Of a stretch of DNA of 64,000 nucleotides, positions 1-10,172 are shown in pieces. The translations under genes were made by a program, and so were the position numbers. Every line of letters begins with the position of its first letter. The first letter of the stretch is position 1. A model generated the notes under the pieces. It did no database searches and was not told the DNA's origin. It saw only the letters and a list, made by a program, of their open reading frames with translations. The DNA is from a virus: positions 271,192-335,191 of the IMG/VR virus record IMGVR_UViG_3300050821_002957; one strand, given 5' to 3'.

Positions 1-660
1 ACGGAGCAGAGAAAACAACGGATTTAAGCATGGGTCCAGCGTAACATGAATCCCAAACTTGTCAATCATTTGGGATGTAGATCGTAAAAACTGGAATTGG
101 ACATTGCTTCATGCGTCTGTCGTATTCTTCACACGGCAATTCTTCTTTGCAGGTCGGACATGCTTGGACGTGCTCACGCATGAACATGTAAAAATCGTCA
201 AGTTCCATTTTCTCCCTAAACAAACTTTGCGTAGCTGTCACACGATCTATCAATGTGCCACTTTAGAGCCTCAAGAACGGCAGCATCTTCAGAAGAAACT
301 TCATTCGGATCACCACCGGCATAGATGACATCGTGCTCTACGGCAATGTTGCGGTCGTACTTCATCAAAATTGTAAGACCGGCGATCACTCTCTCGATGG
401 TGCTCATGTTTTCCAATTTTTCCATGTGTCTAGTCCTTTTTAAAAAATGAGTGCGAACGACGGACACCACTCTACCGTCCGCACCCTCGCATGTTACTGC
501 GATGTCTTTGTAGTCATCACAATGATTTCCATTGCATCACTCATTGTGAAGGTGCCGGGAAGAAGCACGCCATTACTGATGATACGCCATGCCTGAAGAC
601 CTTCGTCGAAGACAATGTTATCGGGCAGGCGTTGATTGGAGCGACCAACAAAATCAAACA

Positions 661-960
661 TCATCGGTAACGTCCTGTCTTGCGGAGCCATTCGTCACGT
701 TCTGCTTTGCGTTGGCGCTGAAGAACCGTAGTCGCCATCGGAGCGCAGCGACAGACAGCGAATGCCATGAGTGCGATGATGAACCACGCAGCCAAATGAC
801 CCCAGTGGGAATTGTACGCTGAGAGAATAATGGCAATGAAAGATACAAATACTACGGCAAGTGATCCGTAGTTGATGATGGTCAGAAACCAGAAATAAAA
901 ATCCTGGTCACGAAGACGATTGCCGGGTAGGGTCGGTCCCATATAGTTGTCGATGTCCAT
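661..960 (-). CDS. small two-TM membrane protein (hypothetical)
   Basis: The ORF tail (MDIDNYMGPTLPG...FLTIINYGSLAVVFVSFIAIILSAY...FIIALMAFAV) has two hydrophobic helices. The long N-terminal extension in the ORF track is probably not translated. Confidence 0.3.
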   Translation of the reverse strand: MDIDNYMGPTLPGNRLRDQDFYFWFLTIINYGSLAVVFVSFIAIILSAYNSHWGHLAAWFIIALMAFAVCRCAPMATTVLQRQRKAERDEWLRKTGRYR

Positions 961-1007
961 TTCAAATTGGAAGGGTGAGGCGTTGTTGCGGCCCCACCCA
1001 ATTTGAT

Positions 1008-1913
1008 TTACGCTTCGACTTCGACTTCGTAGACAGCGAGGAACAGTTCGTTCAGTTCGTCGCTGTCGATGACTCCCGCACGATAATCCTTCAGGCCGAA
1101 CAGGAACTTCTGAGCAGGACCCGCAGGCGTATTCTCGATGGTCTCGTCGATCCACTTCTTCACGTCGGCGTCGGTGCGCTTGATCGGCCCGGACACAGCA
1201 GCGCCAATTGCAGAAGCAGCCTTGGCGATACCTGAAGCGGTTGCACGACCATTCGGAGAATCGGCCTTCGCTTTGGCAATGACGGCCTTACGATCCTTGG
1301 TGGCGATCTTGGCGACAGTGTGAACAGCATCGAACTTCATGCCACCAGTAGCGAGTTCTTTCTGCGAATCCACGTCGAGTTCGAGTACCTTGCGACGGTT
1401 GCTGATGAAAGACGCAGGCTTGCCGAGTTTCTTGGCAATTTGAGCATCGGTCAGTCCGCACGGCTCGACCACCTGGAGGAACAGAACGTAATCGGTGTCG
1501 GTCAGATCCTTGCGAGTGGCGTTTTCGATGAAGCTGGCGAAGAGCGCTTCGGCTTCGTTCATCGGCTGGAACATCGCATCGAGCAAAAACGGATTGTCGG
1601 GACCGTAGGCAATCTCGGTCTCTGTGCCGGTTGCCAGATCCAGACGCCATCCCTTCAGCTTCTTCTTGTTGATGATGTCGGCGGCGAGAATACGAGTGTG
1701 GCCGGTGACAGGGACGGCCTTCTCACCATCGCCACGACGCACGGTAATGGGCACCTTCTGTCCACCAGCGAGAAGACTCTGAACCATGTCTTCAATCTGT
1801 TCGTCGGTGCGAGTGACACGTCCGGTGTACTTGGCGAAGTTCTTCTTTAGATCGGCGGGTAAGAAGCGGGGAGCGTCCTTCTTTCCGTAAGTTTCGGTTG
1901 AGAATTTGATCAT
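1008..1913 (-). CDS. ParB-like nuclease/partition-domain protein
   Basis: A ParB/Srx-type motif (VPITVRRGD...GHTRILAA) is followed by an HTH (LTDAQIAKKLGKPASFISNRRKVLEL). Confidence 0.55.
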   Translation of the reverse strand: MIKFSTETYGKKDAPRFLPADLKKNFAKYTGRVTRTDEQIEDMVQSLLAGGQKVPITVRRGDGEKAVPVTGHTRILAADIINKKKLKGWRLDLATGTETEIAYGPDNPFLLDAMFQPMNEAEALFASFIENATRKDLTDTDYVLFLQVVEPCGLTDAQIAKKLGKPASFISNRRKVLELDVDSQKELATGGMKFDAVHTVAKIATKDRKAVIAKAKADSPNGRATASGIAKAASAIGAAVSGPIKRTDADVKKWIDETIENTPAGPAQKFLFGLKDYRAGVIDSDELNELFLAVYEVEVEA

Positions 1914-2005
1914 TTGTTTCGGTGTCCTTTTTTGTTTCGTTTTTACTACTCTGACTTTTCTACTCTAAACTAGGTGCATCTACTTTGTCAATAGCAAACG
2001 CAAAA

Positions 2006-2503
2006 TTATTTCACTAATTCCAACCAGCCCCATTGATTGTTGTCAGTCCACATGGTTTCCCATTCGTAGTCAATGGTGGCATCGAGCAGCACTTCGATAC
2101 GTTGTGCGTCATGACCACCGTATTTCTTTGACGGCCCAGGCATTTCTACGACGGTTCCGATGCGGCCTTCGTTCATCGAATTGCCGCAAATCAGCACACG
2201 ATCACCAACTTTCACGATGGCCGGTGCAGGTACGGGCTTCGGTGTCGGGTTTGATTCTAGTCTTGCCAAAACCTCGTTGACAAAATCAATTTCCTGCCGA
2301 TCACGTTCAGCCAGAACAGTCGGATCAATCAAGGCACGTTCGGCTTCATAAGCGGCCTTTGTAATGGCACACTTATCCAAAAATTCCCGGTGACAAGGCT
2401 TGCAGACACATTTGCGGACATGAGGACCAAAAGGCTTTTCCTCACTGAATGCACCAACATATTCGCCCTCCAGGTAATTCTCGTATTGGCTAGTGTTGAT
2501 CAT
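2006..2503 (-). CDS. hypothetical protein with a C-terminal SH3/KOW-like segment
   Basis: Clean 165-aa ORF. A sigma70-like promoter with the TAGATGTATCTA palindrome lies immediately upstream at 2505-2539. Confidence 0.4.
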   Translation of the reverse strand: MINTSQYENYLEGEYVGAFSEEKPFGPHVRKCVCKPCHREFLDKCAITKAAYEAERALIDPTVLAERDRQEIDFVNEVLARLESNPTPKPVPAPAIVKVGDRVLICGNSMNEGRIGTVVEMPGPSKKYGGHDAQRIEVLLDATIDYEWETMWTDNNQWGWLELVK

Positions 2504-2504
2504 G

Positions 2505-2539
2505 AAACCATCTTACCAGATAGATGTATCTAATGTCAA
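2505..2539 (-). promoter_or_regulatory. sigma70-like promoter with the palindrome TAGATACATCTA in the spacer
   Basis: Minus sense reads TTGACA-ttagatacatctatctgg-TAAGAT-ggtttc-ATG. Confidence 0.45.
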
Positions 2540-2816
2540 CGAGTCACGGCAACTTTTTTTCAAGACGTTTCATCTCGATCAGTTGATGAAACAAGTCGGT
2601 ACAGGTTTTCAACTGATCGAAAAATCGAGGATCGGCTGGCTTTTCTTCGGGATGGAGTGAAACCATTGTCGAAAGCAGCCCATTACAGGCTTCAATTTTG
2701 CGTTCCAACAAAGTGATAGGACTGGGTTTCACAAATACCGGAGCCGGGGGAGGAACGCTCCGTGAAGGAACGTTCCCCAAAGTCGTCAAGAGAAGGATGG
2801 CGACTATCATATCGTT

Positions 2817-3620
2817 TTACAGGGCGAACAGCGTGCCGAGTTTCTGCGTCGATTCCAAGGCTACGTGCGGATGCTTCACGATCTCATCCCGAAAAACTTC
2901 CGTGAAGGCGTTATGCAGAGACCACATGCTGCGTCCCTTGAATTCGTCGTGGCGAGGCTCAAAGTATTCGTGAGCGACAGGCAGCACTTGATTCTGATTG
3001 ATAATGCCACTTTCCAGCGCATCAAAAATCGTCGCTTTCGCTTCGATATCGGTGATCTTTGTTTCCTTCAGCAAATTCACCCGATTGCCCAGGACATCGA
3101 ACTTGAGAATCGCCTTGTCCACGCCGCCGAAGATGGCAGTGCGAGGATTTAAACCAGCAGTATGCTTCCGCCACAGAATTTCCTCATCTCCAGACAAAGC
3201 CATGTTGTCGCAGCAGAAGACACGGAACCCGGCGACCAGACCAACCGCCATCGACTTGTCATTGGCCGCACGCAGACCCATTGCAAAGGCGAAATCGTCT
3301 ACTGCACGCTTCAATACCAGGGTGCCGAAGAGCTTCATTCCGTTGCTCATGACGGCCATTTCACAGCGGTCGATGGAAATTTTGTGGTCGGCCAAACGCT
3401 CTTCGATCAAGTTGATGAAATCGGCGTGAGCGACGGGACGATGGGTAAGGGTGCGTGGCGGGGTATTCAAATTCAGAAGTTCGCCACGAGAAATCCGTAC
3501 TGCGCCCCGGTGGGTACAGAGAGTTGCGCTAACGTTCTTGGCTTCCATTTTGGAACCATCCATTTCTGCCGAGTTCGTCTCGACAAAACAATCATACGCC
3601 AATCTGAATCGAGATGTCAA
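2817..3620 (-). CDS. hypothetical protein, possibly of the DUF932 phage/plasmid-related family
   Basis: 267-aa ORF next to ParB. The family assignment is only a recollection of overall resemblance and is not verified. Confidence 0.3.
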   Translation of the reverse strand: MTSRFRLAYDCFVETNSAEMDGSKMEAKNVSATLCTHRGAVRISRGELLNLNTPPRTLTHRPVAHADFINLIEERLADHKISIDRCEMAVMSNGMKLFGTLVLKRAVDDFAFAMGLRAANDKSMAVGLVAGFRVFCCDNMALSGDEEILWRKHTAGLNPRTAIFGGVDKAILKFDVLGNRVNLLKETKITDIEAKATIFDALESGIINQNQVLPVAHEYFEPRHDEFKGRSMWSLHNAFTEVFRDEIVKHPHVALESTQKLGTLFAL

Positions 3621-3672
3621 TAGCCTGATAAGATTTTTTAGACGCCTATTCAGGTCGGTCTACATAATTGGT

Positions 3673-4920
3673 ATGGCTGCACCTTCTTATACTGGCGATT
3701 TTTCCATCAAAAGCCTCATCCTTACGAACACGACCGGCGAAACGGTTGATTTGCGCTTTGTGATGCTGGAAATCAACGTTTATGAATCGCTTTGGAACAA
3801 CAACACCACTTGCGATATTCTGATCAATGACGCAAACAACCTGATCATGAATATTCCGATGTTTGGATATGAGACGTTGCTGTTAGAATTTCAGACGCCG
3901 AATGGAGAATTATGGTCGAAGACGTTCCGGCTCATGCGAATTACAGATAGAACGTTGACTAAGGAACGAGCCTTGGGATACATTCTCCATTTTGTAACGC
4001 TCGAAGCAATCACAAATTTGAAGACCAGAGTGAGCAAGTCGTACAAAGGCATGTTGATCTCTGATATGGTGGACGATCTCTTCAATAACTGGTTAGATTC
4101 AGACTCCGACATCAACATTGAGACTACAAAAAATCAATTCCATTTTATCATCCCAAACATTCCACCAATTCAGGCAATCAACTGGCTGTCTACGCACGCA
4201 AACTCGACGGGCTATAGTGGATCAAATTATCTTTTCTATGAGGACAAATACGGGTTCAACTTTGTCACGATGGAATCACGAATGGCACAGGATTCGAGTA
4301 AGACGTATTTGTTTCAAGTGGCAAACGTTCGTACCGATCCACCGGCTTTGCTTCCTGACTTCTCGACCAATGACGTGGCGGCACTTTCTTATACTCTCGA
4401 CAGTCAAAGTGACATCGTAGAGAACATGCGAGCAGGAATGTACGGTAACCAACTTCTTACGCACAGCCACTCTCGTAAAATTTGGCGCAGCTATACGTTC
4501 GATTATCCTTCTTCATTCGATAACTATACTCACTTGTACGACAGCAACATGCTAGAATCTCAGGCGACACAGGACACAAACAAACCGGCCAGTCGTCTAA
4601 AACTCTATCCAACTGGAGCCGATCAAGATGGTTATCCCTTTGTGCCTGAGCAGTGGCTTCCGATTCGTATTTCACAGTTACAGCAGTTGCACAACATCAG
4701 ATTCACAATTGCGATTCCTGGCGACTCTCAAAGGACTGTCGGTGAAGTAGTGACATTCAATCTTCCGTCGCCGCAGCAGCCAGTCAATAATCAACAGGTA
4801 AACGACAAATATTATGCTGGTGACTTTTTGGTCCAAAGTGTCCGACACATCATCGACATTGACAAGTATCGGACTGTCCTTGAACTAACCAAAGATTCTA
4901 CGTTGTCGCAATATCCTTAA
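3673..4920 (+). CDS. hypothetical large N/T/Q-rich protein, possibly structural
   Basis: Long clean ORF. The internal Met (MAAPSYTG) was chosen as start so the gene does not overlap the convergent minus-strand gene. Confidence 0.35.
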   Translation: MAAPSYTGDFSIKSLILTNTTGETVDLRFVMLEINVYESLWNNNTTCDILINDANNLIMNIPMFGYETLLLEFQTPNGELWSKTFRLMRITDRTLTKERALGYILHFVTLEAITNLKTRVSKSYKGMLISDMVDDLFNNWLDSDSDINIETTKNQFHFIIPNIPPIQAINWLSTHANSTGYSGSNYLFYEDKYGFNFVTMESRMAQDSSKTYLFQVANVRTDPPALLPDFSTNDVAALSYTLDSQSDIVENMRAGMYGNQLLTHSHSRKIWRSYTFDYPSSFDNYTHLYDSNMLESQATQDTNKPASRLKLYPTGADQDGYPFVPEQWLPIRISQLQQLHNIRFTIAIPGDSQRTVGEVVTFNLPSPQQPVNNQQVNDKYYAGDFLVQSVRHIIDIDKYRTVLELTKDSTLSQYP

Positions 4921-4956
4921 AGCCATAAATACTTTATTTTTCAATAGTTTATAAGT

Positions 4957-5725
4957 TTTGCTTGGAGACCTTATAAATAGATGCGTGACCTATTGTATCT
5001 ACTCCATCACAAACAATTTGAACAGAAAACGTTATATAGGATTTACTGGTAACTTTCGTGTTCGGAAGAATAAACACAAAGACTTGTCTCGACGAGGAAG
5101 CCTTCAGGCAATTCATCATGCTATCCGCAAATACGGTTGGGAAAATTTTTCATGGGAAATTCTCTTTGAATCTAGCGACCGTGAACAGACTCTTAATGTA
5201 AAAGAGCCGGAATTCATAAAGCTCTATCAGACACAAAATCCCAAATATGGATACAACCAAACTGCTGGTGGCGAACACTATGTTTTGTCAGAAGAAGCTC
5301 GTCACAAAATTTCTCTCTCGAAACTAGGAAAGAAGAGACCGCCCCATGTTATTGAAGCTCTGCGACGTGCAAACTTCGGAACCAAACAAAGTGAAGAACG
5401 TAAAGCTAGACAAAGTGAATTACTAAGACACCGTTATGACCACAAGCCAAATCCAATGAAGGGTCGCAAACTGACCGAGCCGCACAAACAAAAACTCAGG
5501 GCAGTACATCCACACTTACCACACACCAAAACATCCAAAGCAAAAATTGCAGAAAAGAACAGCCGCCACTGGACCGTTGTCTTCCCGGATGGGCACCAAG
5601 AACAAATCGTGAACATGGCAAAGTTTTGTAGAGAGCACAATCTCCACCAGTCAAATATGTCAGAGACTCAATCGAATGGGAAGACTTACAAAGGATTTAA
5701 ATGTTGCCGATCCGAAATAACTTAA
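4957..5725 (+). CDS. GIY-YIG homing endonuclease
   Basis: The motifs CIYSITNNLNRKRYIGFTGNFRVR...YGYNQTAGGE are present, with a basic C-terminal DNA-binding region. Confidence 0.75.
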
Positions 5726-6819
5726 GCCTGCTTGCGTCTCGTGCGCTTAACCACTGGAGCCGTCTCTTCGACTTGAGTTCCATCATGATCAGGTAGAAGA
5801 ATCTCGTCACCTTCTTCAGGCGCTTCGATTTCCCATTCAATTTTTCCTTCGACCGCTTTGCAATAGACATACGATCCAGGAGAAATTTTGCCGTCAATAA
5901 AGTCGTCTGCGAGAGGATTGAGAAGGAATCGGTTGATTACTCGCTTTAACTCTCGTGCGCCATACTGAATGCTCGTGCCGGTTTTAGTGAGCAACTCAAG
6001 AGATGGTTCATCATAGTTCATGAAGAAGCCTTTGTTTCCGAGGCGTTCCATAATCTGCGTCTGAATCTTGTTGAGTTCTAGAGTTGTAATCTTTTTTAAC
6101 ATGTCAGGACTTAGCGGTTTGTATGTGACCACTTCATCGACACGATTTGGAAACTCAGGTGGAAATTTGCGTGCTAATGCTCCAAGACCAATTCTCTGAA
6201 TAGCAGCAAAATTATGATCGCTGAATGCATCAGTAGTAATCGGACCTTGAAGTTTGTTGAAACCGAAGCCGCCTGTGAACATTTCCGACATTTCTTTTGC
6301 GCCAAGGTTAGAAGACATGAAAATAACTGTCTTCTGAAAATCTGCGCTGGTATTGTCTCCCAGGCGAAGGGTTGCTTTATCGAGAATACCGAGTAATACT
6401 CTCCAGAGAGACGCACTACCCTTTTCAATTTCGTCGAAGAGAATAATTGAAATAGGAGATTTTTCAGTAGCTACAGCATTGATCTTGGCCTGCGAAAACA
6501 CCGGATGTGTTTCACGATGTCCCAAGTAACCAGGAGGAGCACCGATCAGCTTCGCAACTTCATGTTCCATCTGAAATTCGCCACAATCGATTCTTAGTAC
6601 ATTTTTGTCTGTACCGTGAAGAACTTCTGAAAGTGTCTCAGCAGTTCTGGTCTTACCTGTTCCCGTAGGTCCCATCAAGAAGAAGACACCGACCGGGCGA
6701 CCTGGAGCATTCAATCCAGCCATCGCACGCACAATGTACGGGATGATCTTGTCGATTGCATGATCCTGTCCAACGATCAACTTCTTCCACGCTTCGGCCA
6801 GTTCTTGTGATTTCATCAT
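5722..6819 (-). CDS. Clp/Hsp100-family AAA+ ATPase, single D2-type module (ClpA/ClpB/ClpC C-terminal-like)
   Basis: It carries VGQDHAI...FFLMGPTGTGKTRTAETL (Walker A), ILFDEIEKG (Walker B), a sensor region and a C-terminal small domain. The N-domain and D1 module are absent. Confidence 0.7.
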   Translation of the reverse strand: MMKSQELAEAWKKLIVGQDHAIDKIIPYIVRAMAGLNAPGRPVGVFFLMGPTGTGKTRTAETLSEVLHGTDKNVLRIDCGEFQMEHEVAKLIGAPPGYLGHRETHPVFSQAKINAVATEKSPISIILFDEIEKGSASLWRVLLGILDKATLRLGDNTSADFQKTVIFMSSNLGAKEMSEMFTGGFGFNKLQGPITTDAFSDHNFAAIQRIGLGALARKFPPEFPNRVDEVVTYKPLSPDMLKKITTLELNKIQTQIMERLGNKGFFMNYDEPSLELLTKTGTSIQYGARELKRVINRFLLNPLADDFIDGKISPGSYVYCKAVEGKIEWEIEAPEEGDEILLPDHDGTQVEETAPVVKRTRRKQA

Positions 6820-6855
6820 TCCCTAATTGCCTCGCTTGGATACTGCTGCTACTAC

Positions 6856-7134
6856 TTACAAATTCAACTTGTTCAACATATGTTTGAGTCGATCTGCATC
6901 TTTAGCTTGCATGATGAAACAATCGAAGTGACCATAACGACACTTGTACCCAAACACATATTTCACAGCCACCCACATCCGTTGGAAAAAGTTACGATAA
7001 TGTTGCAGGAACACTTCCGTGTATATGCTATTATCTTCGTCATCCCAAGCAAACCGCAGCGTGTGTTCTGACGAGTGACAAGCACAGTCAAAATATTGCG
7101 GCTCAAATGGCTCAATCATTGGTATCATCTTCAT
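6856..7134 (-). CDS. hypothetical Cys/His-rich small protein
   Basis: 92-aa ORF lying between the Clp ATPase and the sHsp gene. Confidence 0.3.
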   Translation of the reverse strand: MKMIPMIEPFEPQYFDCACHSSEHTLRFAWDDEDNSIYTEVFLQHYRNFFQRMWVAVKYVFGYKCRYGHFDCFIMQAKDADRLKHMLNKLNL

Positions 7135-7217
7135 CGGTATTTAGGGAATCCTTGTATGCCAAAAGAAAAGCCGGAACCTTTCGGCCCCGGCTCTCTTGTT
7201 TGTGAACTATATGACAA

Positions 7218-7751
7218 CTACTTAATCTCGAAAGTGGTTCGAGTTTTTTCTTCTGTTGGTTTTGGCTTTGAAACCACAACCGTCAGAACGCCGTTTTCAG
7301 ACGACACTGATTCGACAATCGCATTTGGTTGAAGGTCAAACGTGCGAACCCAAGCAGCCTTTGAAATTCCTTGGTGGCGATGAACTTCACCTACACCAGG
7401 AGCATTCGTAGACTTGGATGGATGAACGGCATCAGGTGCTTTCAATCCACGAACGATAAGAACATTGCCTTCTTTTTCGACTACAAGTTGACTCTTACTG
7501 TATCCGGCAGCAGCGAGTTCAAGACGAACTTTGCCATCAGCTTGCTCAATAATGTCATAAGGAGGGAAATTTCTTGCGCCGTTGGTAGTGGATGTTAACG
7601 TCACAAAGGGGAAATCGGGGTGCTCGATCAAACTCCAAAAGTCTGACACAACGCCTCGTCCTGACTCAAAAAGACCGAATAGGTCGTCTTTGGATGTACC
7701 AATTGAATACTTCATTTTATTCTCCTGTCTCCTCAATGTAGAGCGAGACAC
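7218..7751 (-). CDS. small heat-shock protein (Hsp20/alpha-crystallin family)
   Basis: Alpha-crystallin-domain-like segments are present (LELAAAGYSKSQLVVEKEGNVLIVRG ... ENGVLTVVVSKPKP). Confidence 0.65.
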   Translation of the reverse strand: MSRSTLRRQENKMKYSIGTSKDDLFGLFESGRGVVSDFWSLIEHPDFPFVTLTSTTNGARNFPPYDIIEQADGKVRLELAAAGYSKSQLVVEKEGNVLIVRGLKAPDAVHPSKSTNAPGVGEVHRHQGISKAAWVRTFDLQPNAIVESVSSENGVLTVVVSKPKPTEEKTRTTFEIK

Positions 7752-7796
7752 TGTTTGTTATAAAGAACCTCAGTTGAGAGCGTTCCTACTCAAGGC

Positions 7797-7804
7797 TATT
7801 TATA
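7797..7804 (-). promoter_or_regulatory. T4-type late-promoter motif TATAAATA
   Basis: An exact TATAAATA on the minus strand lies about 46 nt upstream of the sHsp start. A gp55 late sigma factor is encoded in the same window. Confidence 0.35.
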
Positions 7805-7807
7805 CAG

Positions 7808-8410
7808 CTAATTTGTCCCAGTCGAACCAAATCCACCAATACGATCTGTCTTCTGTGTCGGTTTCGTAGCGGTCTCTTCGACAACATAAGCCATGTCTGG
7901 GATCATCTCTGCTTGTGCAATGCGGTCACCATGAACAACGATAGCAATTTCAGTCGAATCATTCCTGAGTACAACAAAAGTAGGATCGACGTAATCTGCA
8001 TCGACAACACCTTCGTGATTCGCCAGGACCAAACCTTGCTTCAAAGCCAAGCCAGAACGACTGTGAAGACGGACGCTGTAGCCAACTGGAATATCAAAGA
8101 TCAAATTAGTCGGAACCATTACACGAGATCCCGGCTTGATAAAAATACAATTTTGTTCTGTGACTGCTGTCTGAGTTACTTCGACCAAAGTCTTCTTATT
8201 GTCAACATTGTAAGACCAGACTTGTACTCCCAGATCCAGGCAAGCTCGAAGATCAAAGCAGGCTGCATGTTGTGTTCCCCATTGTGGATCAAATGCTGTC
8301 GGAGTGAGCTTATAAAACTTGAGAGGAGGAGCGTCGGGTTGTGTTAATTCCTGATTAAACGGATCAGTAAGTGTAAGTGGTTGCGGTACGAATTTCATAT
8401 TCAATTCCAT
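7808..8410 (-). CDS. dut: dUTPase / dCTP-deaminase-family protein
   Basis: It contains a dUTPase motif-3-like segment (RLHSRSGLALKQGLVLANHEGVVDADYV). Confidence 0.65.
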   Translation of the reverse strand: MELNMKFVPQPLTLTDPFNQELTQPDAPPLKFYKLTPTAFDPQWGTQHAACFDLRACLDLGVQVWSYNVDNKKTLVEVTQTAVTEQNCIFIKPGSRVMVPTNLIFDIPVGYSVRLHSRSGLALKQGLVLANHEGVVDADYVDPTFVVLRNDSTEIAIVVHGDRIAQAEMIPDMAYVVEETATKPTQKTDRIGGFGSTGTN

Positions 8411-8438
8411 TTCATCATGGAATCAAATTCTGTCAAGT

Positions 8439-9215
8439 TTAGTGGGCGCTGTTGATCAGAACACCAATAGGATTGAGGCTTCGGTAAATCGTAGCGCCAG
8501 TCACAGCATAAGTCAGGATTCGGTCGTACCATTTTGGTTTTGTCAGCCGGTCAATGTTCATAGTGATAGAATCGATGTTTGCAGTGATAGGAGGAATAGA
8601 TGTAGCTAAAGTTCCTGAAACCATTGCAACATTCGTCGAGACGGTTCCAATATTTGCTTCGATCTTGGGAAGAGTTTCTGATAGACCGGCCATTGTGGTG
8701 CTGGTTGAGCGGCTCGCATCACGAATTGCAAACATGGTGTCACTAGCTTGGCCTTGAAGACATAGAGAGTTCTGTTTGCAGTTAAAATATAGATCAAAAT
8801 TCTTGTTGTACTGAGCAGCTACATCGGTCGGCACATTGGCATAAGCTGTAACCAAAGTGTTGATCGATTTGTTGGTCTCGCTTAGTTGAGTATTCAAATT
8901 TTTGTTAGCTTCGGCAAGTTGTGTGTTCACTGCCGAGACAAGACCTGACTGAACCAATGCAAGGCGATTATCACTCTTGTCGGCGACTGTATTGACTTCG
9001 GCGGTCAGCTTATCTTGGACTGTATCTATTTTGGCAAGCAATTTATCCTGGACAGTATCGATCTTAGTGAGTACTTTGTCAGGAAGGTTTTTGGCTGTAG
9101 TCTGGACTTCGAGCGTGGTCACAGTGAGTTGATGAAGAAAGAGACAAAGAAAAGCTGCGACGGGAACAACAGAAAGAAGAGCCAAGAGTTTTGCAAGTTT
9201 GATTAGACGATCCAT
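8439..9215 (-). CDS. membrane-anchored coiled-coil protein with internal tandem repeats
   Basis: An N-terminal TM helix is followed by the repeats KIDTVQDKLLAKIDTVQDKLTAEVNTVADK. The underlying 33-bp DNA repeat is visible at 8990-9070. Confidence 0.4.
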   Translation of the reverse strand: MDRLIKLAKLLALLSVVPVAAFLCLFLHQLTVTTLEVQTTAKNLPDKVLTKIDTVQDKLLAKIDTVQDKLTAEVNTVADKSDNRLALVQSGLVSAVNTQLAEANKNLNTQLSETNKSINTLVTAYANVPTDVAAQYNKNFDLYFNCKQNSLCLQGQASDTMFAIRDASRSTSTTMAGLSETLPKIEANIGTVSTNVAMVSGTLATSIPPITANIDSITMNIDRLTKPKWYDRILTYAVTGATIYRSLNPIGVLINSAH

Positions 9216-9691
9216 TGTTTGATACCCGAAAGAAAGGCTTCCTGTGTAACTTCAGATACCACTACTTGACCTTTGACAAATAACATGATTGTCGGGACGG
9301 CTCTGATAGAATACTTCATCGCAAGGTCTGCATTAGTATCTACGTCAACCCTAAGAAATGTTAACTCTGGGTCTTTAGAAAGCGCAGTGATGCCGGGAGC
9401 GTACAAACTAAAATTGAGAGCAATTGCACTGGAAGCTACATTGCTCTTTTGACTCCACAGGACAATGACACTCGTTTTATTTTGAAGGATCGCATCAAAG
9501 ACGGCGGCAATAGTGATATCTGTCATCATGTCCCTATTTAGCTTGACTTTACAGTCATCCTTAAGTATACTGTTTGCACTATGGCTACCAGTAAAGATAA
9601 CACTTTTGTCTGTAGTTTCTGCGATCCCCCAAGAAAATGTGTCAACGCTCAAGGTCTCGCAGCCCATCAACGGTCGGCACACCCAGATCAA
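9203..9691 (-). CDS. thioredoxin-fold protein lacking the CxxC active site
   Basis: The C-terminus is Trx-like (VPTIMLFVKGQVV...FLSGIKQWI). The position corresponding to WCGPC reads WSQKS. The real start is probably the internal MMTD near 9529. Confidence 0.4.
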   Translation of the reverse strand: MIWVCRPLMGCETLSVDTFSWGIAETTDKSVIFTGSHSANSILKDDCKVKLNRDMMTDITIAAVFDAILQNKTSVIVLWSQKSNVASSAIALNFSLYAPGITALSKDPELTFLRVDVDTNADLAMKYSIRAVPTIMLFVKGQVVVSEVTQEAFLSGIKQWIV

Positions 9692-9841
9692 GTCAAATCA
9701 AAATCAACACCTAAAAAGACGCATCACAAAACATATCACAAAAAATCATCAGAGATCTCATTGGCCGATGCGATCAATGCGTTGGAAATCAAACGAGACG
9801 CTTTGGATGAAGTCATTAAAAATTTGAAGGAGATGTTATGA
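9581..9841 (+). CDS. small basic protein with a C2H2-type zinc finger
   Basis: The finger FVCSFC...HQRSAH (C-x2-C...H-x3-H) is followed by a K/H-rich tail. Confidence 0.35.
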   Translation: MATSKDNTFVCSFCDPPRKCVNAQGLAAHQRSAHPDQVKSKSTPKKTHHKTYHKKSSEISLADAINALEIKRDALDEVIKNLKEML

Positions 9842-10140
9842 AACCATTGAGCAGGCGACAAGTCAGTACACTACGCCATTTAAAGATTCATGGAAGCGTC
9901 AGCATAGAGAGCTTGCGGTCCTTCCACCAGGGAACAATCTGGAGCCTTATGTACAAAGGACTCGTAGTCAAATTTGGAGGATCAGATGTAGGATTATCTA
10001 CGGCAGGCGAGGCAGTCCTTCGTGACTACAATTCGACGGCCCCGAGCTATCGCAAACATGATGCCGAATTGACCGACCGAGTTCAACGTCTTCTCGTGCG
10101 AGTGAAAATTCTTCAGATGCGAAAATCTGCGGCAGCTTGA
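9838..10140 (+). CDS. hypothetical protein
   Basis: 100-aa ORF whose start ATGA overlaps the upstream stop codon. Confidence 0.3.
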   Translation: MKPLSRRQVSTLRHLKIHGSVSIESLRSFHQGTIWSLMYKGLVVKFGGSDVGLSTAGEAVLRDYNSTAPSYRKHDAELTDRVQRLLVRVKILQMRKSAAA

Positions 10141-10168
10141 CATTTAGATGCATCTAGTGCTATGCTGG
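10139..10168 (+). promoter_or_regulatory. sigma70-like promoter with the perfect palindrome TAGATGCATCTA in the spacer
   Basis: It reads TTGACA-tttagatgcatctagtgc-TATGCT, immediately upstream of the ATG at 10173. Confidence 0.45.
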
Positions 10169-10172
10169 GTGC

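Noticed and set aside
62-470. Apparent frameshift joining ORFs 216-470 and 62-253, since both read ...IDR... at the junction
   Set aside because: The shared IDR comes from the sequence GATAGATCG read in two frames. There is no independent evidence of a single disrupted gene, and the window edge truncates the context.
1320-1850. 176-aa plus-strand ORF lying entirely inside the ParB-like gene
   Set aside because: It is antisense to a well-supported gene and has no motif or SD. Other long shadow ORFs were rejected for the same reason, namely 25320-25790, 25842-26924 and 17938-18609, which overlap rsr and the 365-aa gene.
4971-4978. TATAAATA late-promoter motif on the plus strand
   Set aside because: It lies inside, or only 6 nt before, the GIY-YIG coding start (TTG or GTG). 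That is too close for a normal promoter plus SD arrangement and is probably coincidental.
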